DNA from: Scyliorhinus canicula
Lineage: Eukaryota
Direction: 5' to 3'
Assembly: GCF_902713615.1 (NCBI RefSeq)
Contig: NC_052153.1
Location: forward strand, 191,060,826-191,124,825
Length of the DNA: 64,000 nucleotides
Positions 35,455-46,389 of this stretch are shown here, piece after piece (position 1 is the stretch's first letter; every line of letters begins with the position of its first letter). A program made the position numbers and the translations under genes. The notes under the pieces are model-generated. The model ran no database searches. It saw nothing but the letters and a program-made list of their open reading frames with translations, and was not told where the DNA came from.

Positions 35455-36292
35455 TTGATTTTAAACTTTAATAATAATCTTTATTAGTGTCACAAAAGTA
35501 GGCTTACATTTACACTGCAATGCACTGCAATGCCCGGAGACTCTGTCGCCGCACCTCTCTCACACTCCTCAACCACCTCGTACGCCAGCTCTACAACAGC
35601 CGACGCGACCTGGAAACCAAGATAGAGGCCATATTCTCAACTTGCGCTCAGAACACAGCAGACCAGCTGCGGAACACCGCCAAACAGGTGAGACAACGAT
35701 ACTGTGCCACCTATCTGCACACCAAGAACAGGAAGCTTGAGAAACTTGGCATAACCACCAGCAGCAACCAAGCCTCCCCCGGTACCACAGTGGAAAACAA
35801 TACAGGGAATTCTATTGTCAACTTGTCGGACGACACCCTTCAACCAGATGAAATCGAAGTCCTCAGCAGAGGGCTCAATTTCTGCACCACCACCAAAATG
35901 GACCCCATCAGTCTCGCGGCAGACACGGAGGAATTCATCAGGCGAATGAGGCTCCGGGAATTCTTCCACAGACCCCAAGAGGCTGACAGCGAACCCAAGG
36001 AGACGACACCCAGTCCAACGCTGGCATCTCCACATCACTGCAATGAGGTTACTGTGAAAATCCCTAGTTGCCACAGTCGGGCGCCTGTTCAGGTACACAG
36101 AGGGAGAATTCAGAATGTCCAGTTCACCTAACAGGACTTGTGGGAGGAAACCGGAGCACCCGGAGGAAACCCACGCCGACACAGGGAGAACGTGTAGACT
36201 CCACACAGACAGTGACCCAAGCCGGGAATCGAACCCGGGTCGCTGGTGCTGTGAAGCAACAGTGCTAACCACTGTGCTACCGTGCTGCCCAT
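35455..36292 (-). mobile_element. V-SINE (cttgtgac tail) split by a Penelope fragment
   Basis: Tail at about 35455-35527; body at about 36030-36292. Confidence 0.8.
35528..36010 (+). mobile_element. Penelope-like element, N-terminal ORF fragment
   Basis: IVNLSDDTLQPDEIEVLSRGLNFC..FIRRMRLREFF is the typical pre-RT segment of Penelope ORFs. Confidence 0.75.
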
Positions 36293-36664
36293 TTAATGGC
36301 AATAGCAGGAGTTAAACAATGCAAAACTCAGCTGAACAACACAATATAATACAACGCAACTACATATTCCAAAAATTCAGGCACAAATAGCTATCTGTTA
36401 CACGTGGCTTCTTACTGAGCTGGTGGATCTTGTCAGAGATGTAATTGTTAATTTTCCGCCTTTCCTTTGACGCGTCTTCGTCTCTGTGATCCTGGGTACA
36501 GAGTATAAAGGAGGCTGGCGGCCAAAGAAGTCAGGGATTATCATCAAGGGAGGACACCACAGACCGTGAGTTAACATGTCCCCTGTCCACAGGCCTGTCC
36601 CACAAGGCATCCTTGATTGCGACCCCGCCAGGCAATTGGACATGTAGGTGATTGGACACACCGT

Positions 36665-38692
36665 TAGTATGTACCTGTTAGGCAGGGAGGAAGTGGTCGA
36701 GCGAGGGAACCATGGGTTACTAAAGCAGTTGAAACACTTGTAAAGAGGAAGAAGGAGGCTTATGTAAAGATGAGACGTGATGGTTCAGTTAGGGCGCTTG
36801 AGAGTTACAAGTTAGCTAGGAAGGCTCTAAAGAGAGAACTAAGAAGAGCCAGGCGAGGACATGAGAAGTCTTTGGCAAGTAGGATCAAGGATAACCCTAA
36901 AGCTTTCTAAAGATATGTCAGGAATAAAAGAATGACTTGGATAAGAGTAGGGCCAGTCAAGGACAATAGTGAGAAGTTGTGCGTGGAGTCGAGGAGATAG
37001 GAGAGGTGCTAAATGATTATTTTTCGTCTGTATTCACACAGGAAAAAGACAAAGTTGTCGAGGAGAATACTGAGATACAGGCTACTAGACTAGAAGGGCT
37101 TGAGGTTCATAAGGAGGAGGTGTTAGCGATTCTGGAAAGTGTGAAAATAGATAAGTCCCCTGGGCCGGATGGGATTTATCCTAGGATTCTCTGGGAAGCT
37201 AGGGAGGAGATTGCTGAGCCTTTGACTTTGATCTTTAAGTCATCTTAGTCTACAGGAATAGTGCCAGAAGACTGGAAGATAGCAAATGTTGTCCCATTGT
37301 TCAAGAAGGGGAGTAGAGATAACCCCGGTAACTATAGGCCAGTGAGCCTTACTTCTGTTGTGGGAAAAGTCTTGGAAAGGTTTATAAGAGATAGGATGTA
37401 TAATCATCTGGAAAGGAATAATTTGATTAGAGATAGTCAACATGATTTTGTGAAGGTAGGTCGTGCCTCACAAACCTCACTGAGTTCTTCGAGAAGGTGA
37501 CCAAACAGGTGGATGAGGGGAAAGCAGTTGATGTGGTGTATATGGATTTCAGTAAAGCGTTTGATCGGGTTCCCCACGGTAGGCTATTTCAGAAAATACA
37601 GAGGCATGGGATTCAGGATGATTTAGCAGTTTGGATAAGAAATTGGCTAGCTGATAGAAGACAAAGGGTGGTGGTTGATGGGGAATGTTCTGACTGGTGT
37701 CCAGTTACTAGTGGTGTACCACAAGGATCTGTTTTGGGGCCGCTGTTGTTTGTCATTTTTATAAATGACCTGGAGGAGGGCGCAGAAGGATGGGTGAGTA
37801 ACTTTGCAGATGACACTAAAGTCGGTGGAGTTGTGGACAGTGCAGAAGGATGTTACAAGTTACAGAGGGACATAGATAAGCTGCAGAGCTGGGCTGACAG
37901 GTGGCAAATGGAGTTTAATGCAGAAAATTGTGATGTGATTAATTTTGGAAGGAATAACAGGAAGACAGAGTACTGGGCTAATGGTAAGATGCTTGGTAGT
38001 GTGGACGAGCAGAGAGATCTCGGTGTCCCTGTCCATAGATCCCTGAAAGTTGCCACCCAGGTTGAGAGGGTTGTTAAGAAAGCGTATGGTGTGTTAGCTT
38101 TTATTGATAGAGGAATTGAGTTTCGGAGCCATGAGGTCATGTTGCAGTTGTACAAAACTCTGGTGCGGCCGCATTTGGAGTATTGTGTGCAGTTCTGGTC
38201 GCCACATTATAGGAAGGATGTGGAAGCATTGGAAAGGGTACAGAGGAGATTTACAAGGATGTTGCCTGGTATGGAGGGAAGATCGTATGAGGAAAAGCTG
38301 AGGGACTTGAGGCTGTTTTCGTTAGAGAGAAGAAGGTTAAGAGATGACTTAATTGAGGCATACAAGATGATCAGAGGATTAGATAGAGTGGACATTGAGA
38401 GCCTTTTTCCTCGGATGGTGATGTCCAGCACGAGGGGACATAGCTTTAAATTGAGGGGAGATAGATATAGGACAGATGTCAGAGGTAGGTTCTTTACTCA
38501 GAGAGTAGTAAGGGCGTGCAATGCCCTGCCTGCAACAGTAGTGGACTCGCCAACACTAAACGCATTCAAATGGTCATTGGATAGGCATATGGACGATAAG
38601 GGAATAGTGTAGAGGGACTTTAGAAGGGTTTCACAGGACGGTGCGATATCGAGGGCCGAAGGGCATGTATTGTGCTGTAATGTTCTATATTC
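36665..38692 (+). mobile_element. CR1 LINE, 5'-truncated, ORF2 with stops and frameshifts
   Basis: RT fragments 36979-37248, 37261-37500 and 37497-38612; same family as 46390-49935. Confidence 0.93.
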
Positions 38693-38908
38693 TAGTACAG
38701 TTCAAAAGAGAAAATCATGTATTCCATCGCAGCTCACATATTGGTGTCTTATGCATCCCCACCCCCTACAAATAGGAGGACAACGTAAATCACTTTAAGA
38801 CCCACTCAGAAACAGTATTCACTTTGCACCCAAACGAAGCTCACATGGCCAGGCAAAGGGAACATTAATTCAGAGCAAATAATTAAAAATTCTGTCTGGC
38901 CCCCTAAT

Positions 38909-39123
38909 AGACAAGATGTTTCCCCAGTAGCTCAGGTACAGAAAGGAAGCTGTGGGGAGCACACGGGCTCTTATACCCCGCCTTACAGGGCGGAGCTACC
39001 TTACAGCTCTAACCAATGGGTGACTAGTGTCACATATCATTGGGCCAATGTGCAGCGAGGCTTCTCCACCAATGGTGTCTCGGCATTGCTAGTTACCGTA
39101 ATGCCTCTAGTCATACTACCACA
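38909..39123 (-). repeat. Gypsy 3' LTR (last about 59 bp missing)
   Basis: Starts TGTGGTAGTATGA at 39123; 7 substitutions and 1 indel versus 45964-46177 over 215 bp. Confidence 0.92.
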
Positions 39124-39344
39124 TCCACCCCCTGTTGAAAACAGAATCCGGCGGGGGGGGGGGGGGGGGCGGGGGCGGCTTGGTCGCCCGACCATAACTG
39201 GTGGTCCGCACGGGTTGAATAGCATAACTGGTAGTATGACTAGTGTTGAGGTACTGCGCTACTCTCGTACTGCGTCTGCCCACTGGCCCATAACTATTAA
39301 CTATTTATAATACAGTTTCGCAATTTCACAATTGGCCATGTACA

Positions 39345-39715
39345 TAGAACATAGAACATAGAACAGTACAGCACAGAACAGGCCCTTCAGCCCTCAATGT
39401 TGTGCCGAGCCATGATCACCCTACTCAAACCCACGTATCCACCCTATACCCGTAACCCAACAACCCCCCCCTTAACCTTACTTTTTATTAGGACACTATG
39501 GGCAATTTAGCATGGCCAATCCACCTAACCCGCACATCTTTGGCCTGTGGGAGGAAACCGGAGCACCCGGAGAAAACCCACGCACACAGGGGGAGGACGT
39601 GCAGACTCCACACAGACAGTGACCCAGCCGGGAACCGAACCTGGGACCCTGGAGCTGTGAAGCATTTATGCTAACCACCATGCTACCCTGCTGCCCCCTG
39701 CTACCCTGCTGCCCC
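39345..39715 (-). mobile_element. V-SINE inserted in the Gypsy 3' untranslated region
   Basis: Minus-strand head, V core and (ttctatg)n tail. Confidence 0.9.
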
Positions 39716-39745
39716 CAATGTCACATTAAAAGGTCTATATACAGT

Positions 39746-40045
39746 TCACAGCGACACAATCAGGCGGTCGGGGGCCTTGGTCGTCCTTTGCGATCGATGG
39801 AGCTTCGGCGGAGACGTCGGTGGAGGTGCCGGCGTCTGTGACTCCGGGAGCGTGGATCCAGTCCCCGTAGCGGCTTCAACACCCCTAGATGGCGCTGGTG
39901 AGGGTGGCCAACCAGGGGACGGGGCGTCCAGACCTCTAGATGGCGCTGGTGAGGGTGGCCAACCAGGGGACGGGGCGTCCAGACCACTAGATGGCGCTGG
40001 TGGGGAGGTTGACTGACCTGTGAAGGAAGCGTCTGTAGAGTGCCG

Positions 40046-40079
<34 letters not shown>

Positions 40080-43000
40080 GAGGGGGGGGGGGGGGGGTGG
40101 TCCAGGCAGGGCCGGTGGGAAAAACGGTTGTCCAGGACAGGGGGCGACAGTGAGGTGCGCCAGTGAGGGGGAGGGTGGGGCTGGTGGCGAGGGTGAGGGA
40201 GGGGATCCGGCGGGCGCCAGGTCCCGTAGGGAGGCCGTGTCCTGTCGGCCGTCGGGGTATCCACGTACACGTACTGCGGGTTAGCATGGAGTAGATGGAC
40301 CCTCTGGACCAACGGGTCCGACTTGTGCGCCCGCACGTGTTTCCGGAGCAGGATGGGCCCTGGGACTGCCAGCCAGGTCAGGAGCGAGGTCCCTGAGGAG
40401 GACTTCCTAGGGAAGACAAGGAGATGTTCATGAGGTGTTTGGTTAGTTGCAGTGCAGAGCAGGGACCAGATGGAGTGGAGGGCGTCTGGGATAACCTCCT
40501 GCCAGGGGGGACCGGGAGATTCCTGGACCGTAGGGCCAGTAGGACGGTCTCCCAGTCCGTTCTGTTCTCCCTCTCGAACTGTCCGTTACCCCCGGGGTTG
40601 TAACTGGTCGTCCTGCTGGAGGCGATGCCCCTGCTGAGCAGGAATTGACGTAGTTCGTCACTCATAAAGGAGGACCCCCTATCGCTGTGAATGTAGGCGG
40701 GGGATCCGAACAGGGAAAAAATGCTGTGGAGGGCTTTGATGATGGTGGTTGTGGTCATGTCGGGGCAGGGGATAGCGAACGGGAAGCGGGAGTACTCGTC
40801 AATCATGTTGAGGAAGTACGTGTTGCGGTTGGTAGAGGGGAGGGGACCTTTGAAGTCCATGCTGAGGCGTTCAAAGGGACGGTAGAAGTACGGCTTGCAC
40901 TCTGCGCAGATGTGGCATTCCCTAGTTACTGTCCTGACCTCCTCGATGGAGTAGGGCAGGTTGCGGGTCTTTACGAAATGGAAAAAACGAGTGACCCCCC
41001 GGGTGGCAGAGGTCCTCGTGAAGGGCTCGGAGGCGGTCCACTTGTGCTTTGGCACAGGTGCCACGGGACAGGGCATCAGGAGGCTCGTTTAGCTTCCCAG
41101 GACGATACAAGATATCGTAGTTATAGGTGGATAATTTGATCCTCCACCGCAAGATCTTATCGTTCTTTATCTCGCCCCGCTGTGCATTGTCGAACATGAA
41201 AGCCATTGACCGTTGGTCTGTGAGGAGGGTAAACCTCCTGCCGGCCAGGTAGTGCCTCCAGTGTCACACAGCTTCTACTATGGCCTGGGCTGCCTTCTCG
41301 ACCGAGGAGTAGCGGATTTCGGAAGCATGGAGGGTGCGTGAGCAGAAGGTCACGGGTCTGCCCGCTTGGTTGAGGGTGGCCACCAGAGCTCTCGACTTGG
41401 AAGGGGAGGGACTCATCGATGGCGCGTATCGTGGCCTTTGCAATGTCTGCTTTGATGCGGCTGAAGGCCTGATGTGCCTCCGTCGACAGGGGGAAAGTAG
41501 TTGCTTGGATGAGGGGACGGGCTTTGTCGGCGTAGTTGGGGACCCACTGAGCTTAGTAAGAGAAGAACCCGAGGCAGCGCTTCAGGGCCTTGGAGCAGTG
41601 AGGGAGGGGGAACTCCATAAGGGGGCGCATGCGTTCCGGGTCGGGGCCTATCACTCCATTTTGCACTACGTAGCCGAGGATGGCTAGGTGGTCGGTGCTA
41701 AACACGCATTTATCCTTGTTATACGTTAGGTTCAGGAGTTTTGCAGTCTGGAGGAATTTGCGGAGGTTGGCGTCGTGATCCTGCTGATCGTGGCCGCAGA
41801 TGGTGACATTATCGAGATACGGGAATGTTGCCCGTAAACCGTATCGGTCGACCATTCGGTCTATCTCTTGCTGGAAGACCAAGACCCCGTTTGTGACACC
41901 GAAGGGAACCCTTAAGAAGTGGTAGAGTCGCCCATCTGCCTCGAACGCAGTGTACTTGCGATCACTCACACGGATAGAGAGCTGGTGGTAGGCGGACTTT
42001 AAGTCTACCGTGGAGAAGACCTTGTACTGCGCGGTCCTGTTGACCAGGTCGGATATACCGGGGTGGGTGGGGTACGCATCCAGTTGCGTAAACCTGTTGA
42101 TGGTCTGGCTGTAGTCGATGACCATCCTGTTCTTGTCCCCGGTCTTTACCACCACAACTTGAGCTCTCCAGGGGCTGTTGCTGGCCTCTATGACCCCTTC
42201 CCTCAGAGGCCACTGGACCTCGGACCTGATGAACGTCCGGTCCTGGGCGCTGTACCGTCTGCTCCTAGTGGCGACGGGTTTGCAATCCGGAGTGAGGTTT
42301 GCAATCAGGGAGGGGGGGTCGACCTTTAGGGTCGCGAGGCTGCAGACAGTGAGGGGGGTATAGGGCCACTGAATTTAAACGTTAGACTCTGAAGATTGCA
42401 TTGAAAATCCAACACTAGGAGTGTGGCCGTGCAGAGGTGGCGGAGGAGATAGAGCCTGTAATTCTTGAACTCCCTTACCTGGACCATGAGGTTTGCTACT
42501 CAATACCCTTTCATTTCAACTGAATGGGAGCCAGAGGCCAGGAAGATTTTTTGATCGACGGGGTGGACAGGAAGAGAACAGCGCCTTACCGTCTCAGGGA
42601 GTATGAAGCTCTCCGTGCTCTCAGAGTCGAGCAGACAGGACCAATACCATCGTCGTCGCTGTGGAAAGAGTGCGGGGTCGAAACTGGTTCAGGGTCACCG
42701 ATGCCAACCGTGGCAGGAGTTCAGAATCATCATCGGGCGGTGTGTGGTCACCCGTGCTGGGGACCTTGGAGCCGTTCCAAGATGGTGGCGCCCACTGATC
42801 GCACATGGCTGAGGGTGGAGAAAATGGCGGCGCCCATCCCCCGCATGTGACGTCGGTAGAGTATGATGGCGGCGTCCAGAGGCCCCACGTGGCGCTGGGG
42901 AAGGAAGCTGGCGATGTTCGTGGGCCGCACGGGGCCCGTGGAGAGAGTTGGAGCAGCGATCCGAACTCGCCGCCCGGGACCGCAGCGACTGCCCAGCCAT

Positions 43001-43173
43001 GGCAGACCGCCATGAAATGGCCCTTTTTGCCGCACCCCTTACACATTGCCGAACGGGCTGGGCAGCGCTGTCGGGGGTGTTTCGCCTGTCCGCAGAAATA
43101 ACAACGGGGCCCAGCGGGGTTGCCGGGGCGTCTCGCAGCGCAGGCCTGAGGCGATTCAGAGTCCGCTGAGGGG
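39746..43173 (-). pseudogene. Gypsy gag C-terminal half and pol (PR, RT, RNase H, IN), multiply frameshifted
   Basis: CYFCGQAKHPRQRC and CKGCGKKGHFMAVC; LLDSESTESFI; FSTVDLKSAYHQL..PFG..YLDN; MDFKGPLP..HSDRGSSF..ERENRT. Confidence 0.9.
39884..40005. repeat. 51-bp tandem repeat (about 2.3 copies) in the Gypsy pol C-terminal tail
   Basis: ctagatggcgctggtgagggtggccaaccaggggacggggcgtccagacc repeated; encodes a 17-aa Pro/Ser unit. Confidence 0.9.
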
Positions 43174-43684
43174 CAGGGCCGGCTCAAGGTACCGGCAACT
43201 CGGGCAGTCGCCCGGGGCGCCATGTGCTAGGGGGCGCTAGGAACCCTTTACAAATGTTCAGTCATTGCTGGTACAGTGAGATTTCTTTAGTGACTTTTGA
43301 TCAAGTCCTCAACGGGAAGGGAAGACGCATATTTGCTTTGATGTCTGCCGAGAGAGTGAAGCAAGCCCGGTTCTACATTTGGGTTCACATATGGAGGGGG
43401 GGGGGGGGGGATTGGTAAACACAACCAGCGGGCCTGCTGCTGGGGCCACAGGGCTGCCCCGCCGCCTATAAATGTCAATAACGTCTTGTTAGAATCAAAT
43501 ACCTGCAGCACTCCACCACCTCTTAGATCAAAGCAAATCACTGAGGATGCCGGAGACAGAGACAATCCCCCCCTCCCATCCCCCCACCCCACCCCACCCA
43601 GAACAGACAGAACAATCTCAGCAGGTCTGACAGCCTCTGTGGAGACAGAGATCTGCAGATGGCGATGGGATTAGCTTTGTATTT

Positions 43685-43863
43685 GAAATGAAAATCGCTT
43701 ATTGTCACGAGTAGGCTTCAATGAAGTTACTGTGAAAAGCCCCTAGTCGCCACATTCCGGCGCCTGTCCGGGAAGGCTGGTACGGGAATCGAACCGTGCT
43801 GCTGGCCTGCCTTGGTCTGCTTTAAAAGCCAGCGATTTAGCCGAGTGAGCTAAACCAGCCCCT
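43685..43863 (-). mobile_element. tRNA-derived SINE family B inside the hAT cargo
   Basis: Full head and tail on the minus strand. Confidence 0.88.
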
Positions 43864-44065
43864 CCACCACCACCCTCCACCAGAATTTGCAATTCTGCTT
43901 CCCGTTCACTGGATGAAGAATGATCCAGACTCCAAACCTTAGCTCCGAGGTTCTCTCTCCACTTCGTGTGACCACCCATGAAAAAAAAGTTGAGTTCCAG
44001 TCGCCTGAATCAACAGAAAATTCCGTTTTGTCATTGGGAGGAGAAGGTAACAATGTTGTCAACTT

Positions 44066-44202
44066 TCAGCCTCTCTCTCTCTCTCTCCTCTCTCTCTCCT
44101 CTTTCTCAGTGCCCAGTAGTGACATCATCAGGCAGTGTTAATAAGGTGGGGTGTGCGGGCAGAGTCTGTCCTCAGGTACTCCCAACCCTCCACTGGACAA
44201 CA
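44066..44202 (+). promoter_or_regulatory. CFTR proximal promoter / 5' UTR
   Basis: Pyrimidine tract about 44069-44108; variant CRE TGACATCA 44120-44127; GT/GC box ggtggggtgtgcggg about 44145-44159; no TATA box. Confidence 0.65.
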
Positions 44203-44255
44203 ATGCAGAGATCACCCATTGAAAAAGCCAATGCCTTCTCCAAACTCTTCTTCAG
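44203..44255 (+). CDS. CFTR: CFTR coding exon 1 (MQRSPIEKANAFSKLFF + AG, 53 nt, phase 2)
   Basis: ATGCAGAGATCACCCATTGAAAAAGCCAATGCCTTCTCCAAACTCTTCTTCAG|gtaag. Matches the CFTR N-terminus as recalled (human MQRSPLEKASVVSKLFFS, dogfish MQRSPIEKANAFSKLFFR), with the same 53-nt coding length and phase. Confidence 0.93.
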
Positions 44256-45295
44256 GTAAGCTCCTTCCGCATTCCGAGCCACCCCTCTCTTCCTCTCTCT
44301 CTCTCTATCTCACTCCTCTTGTTCTCACCGCAGGGAGGGGGTGAAATGAATCGTTCCCACACTTTTCCCGGAATCACTGCAGGGTTGGTATTGATTAACC
44401 TGCCCCTTGCTCACAGTCCCGCACGCCCAGCCTGAAATGCCACGGCCATGTCCATTTCACACGAGCGGCGTTGCTGCACTTCGGGCATTTCAAGGTCCAG
44501 GGCAACGACTCCCACCAAGTGGCAACTGACCTCACCCCGGTCTTGCTGTTTGCCAATCAGCTCCCTAACTCGCCGGAGAAACCAGAGCTTCACCGGAGCG
44601 CCGGCAGCGCTTCAGCTGTCTGTCCTTTGAAGTCTCAAAACTCTTGCGAAACTTTGCTCCAACTTTTTTTTCCCCCCTTGACCACACGCCTGAGACCGTT
44701 TGACGGTGCAGAGGCCAACAATCACGAGTTCGCTTCAGACGTCCTTTTGCAGCCGCGAAAAGGGAAAAGTCTGACATCTGGTTAAAGTTACTGAATGTGC
44801 AGCACATGCATCTGAGGGAGAAAGTTTCGCGGATTGTCGCTCGGGTGATTCAGAAACATTTCATTTGTTATCAATTGGACAGCGTTCGGGTCCTGTCCTG
44901 ACCTTCATGGTATGTTTTGAGGGGCAGACAGATTTTGTTTTTTAAATGAGAGACAGGTTAGTTGTGTACACAGTGAATTGAAGATTGGTCCTGGACAGAA
45001 TATAGAAACGAAACAATTTCTACCCATTAAAAGCTGTGAGGCGAAATGAGAACTATTTGCCAAATGGCTATGGGGTGACTCGTGTGTCCAGCAGTGGGTC
45101 CGGGAAGCGGTTTGTGTTACTGTACAGAGTGGCTGAGCTGTGAACGCCGCCAAGTTGTATTGTAACTGCTGAATTTTGAAACTCTTTATTCTACATTTTC
45201 AGTTTTTCTCCTTGTGAAAATTTTTTAAAATTATACTTGTAAGGGCGCCGAAGTTCAGCTTGCCCGGGGCGCCAGCAACCCTAGGGCCGGCGCTG

Positions 45296-45880
45296 CTGAG
45301 AGGGAATTCCACGCTGCCCAGAGGGGCCGCGCGCGGTCGGGGGGGGGGGCGTAAGCGTGGGCATTTCGGGAGGCCACGTCCAGTGAGTCGGTGAGGGCCC
45401 GTGCCTCCTTGAGGCCCAGAGTGTCTTTCTCAAGCAGTCTCTGGCGGATTTGTGGGGACTGCATACCCGCAACAAAAGCGTCCCGAAACAATAGTTCAGT
45501 ATGTCCGTTAGCCGAAACTTGTGGGCAGCTGCAGTTCCTCCCTAGCACGAGGAGCGCACGATAGAATCGTCTAGTGACTCACCAGGGCTCTGCCACCTCG
45601 TTGCCAGTAGGTGCCGGACGTAGACTTGGTTTACTGGGCGGATATAATGTCCTTTGAGTAGATCCATTGCGGAATCGTAGTCCGTAGCGTCCTCGATGAG
45701 TGTGTAGATGTCCAGGCCCACTCTCGAGTGCAAGATCTGTAGTTTCTGCTCCCTCGTAGGTGTGCTTTCTGCCGTGCCAAGGTAGCCGTTGAAACATGCG
45801 AACCAGTGCATAAAGGTTGCTGCTGTGTTAGCCACGTGGATGCTGAGTTGTAGACACTCTGGCTTGATGCGGAGCTCCAT
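45296..45880 (-). pseudogene. Gypsy gag N-terminal half
   Basis: MELRIKPECL..QKLQILHSRVG..RDAFVAGMQSPQIRQRLLE; one frameshift near 45545. Confidence 0.85.
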
Positions 45881-45904
45881 CCTTTAAAATCTTGTCCATT
45901 AAAT

Positions 45905-46177
45905 TGATGCATTATCAATTGACCACAGAAGCGAGGTTGTTGTCCGAAACTGAAGGCTTTAAGAGACAAGATGTTTCCCCAGCAGCTCAGGTACAGAAAG
46001 GAAGCTGTGGGGAACACACGGGCTCTTATACCCCGCCTTACAGGGCGGAGCTACCTTACAGCTCTAACCAATGGGTGACTAGTGTTACATACCATTGGGC
46101 CAATGAGCAGCGAGCTTCTCCACCAATGGTATCTCGGCATTGCTAGTTACCGTAATACCTCTAGTCATACTACCACA
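45905..46177 (-). repeat. Gypsy 5' LTR (273 bp)
   Basis: TG..CA ends; minus-strand TATAAGA about 46024-46030; pairs with 38909-39123. Confidence 0.92.
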
Positions 46178-46389
46178 CCCCTCATCTTTGAGATTTACCT
46201 GCCATCATGAGAATCTGCACTTTGTCGTATTCATCAGACACGCCTCGCTGTAGCCCACTCTCTCCCCGATCGTCACACTGGCTCAGGTGCCAATGGCCAA
46301 GATCTTTGCAATTTGTCCACTTGGCGTGGACTGACTTAGATAACTGCTCCCGGATCCTGACCCCCCACGCTGCATTTAAACCTCTAAGT

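Larger units (their letters stand above)
43174..45295. mobile_element. Non-autonomous hAT-type DNA transposon (2,122 bp) carrying CFTR promoter and exon 1 cargo
   Basis: TIRs CAGGGCCGGCTCAAGG and (reverse complement) CAGCGCCGGCCCTAGG, 13/16 identical; 8-bp TSD ctgagggg 43166-43173 and ctgagagg 45296-45303; subterminal gcccggggcgcca at both ends; gag rejoins in frame when the insert is removed. Confidence 0.85.
38909..46177 (-). mobile_element. Gypsy/Ty3 LTR retrotransposon, near full length, with nested hAT and SINE insertions
   Basis: LTR pair; gag with two CCHC knuckles; PR-RT-RH-IN order; PPT agggggtgga just before the 3' LTR. Confidence 0.93.

Noticed and set aside
36396-36660. TGTTA start, TATAAA (36504-36509) and a gtgagt donor as a new promoter or LTR
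   Set aside because: No partner LTR, TSD or downstream exon was found, and the motifs are too short to support a call.
38901-38905. cccct as the Gypsy TSD (also at 46178-46182)
   Set aside because: The adjacent LTR end is deleted, so the junction is not native and the match may be chance.
43245-43680. hAT transposase remnant inside the cargo
   Set aside because: The frames I translated show no hAT dimerisation or catalytic motifs; origin unknown.
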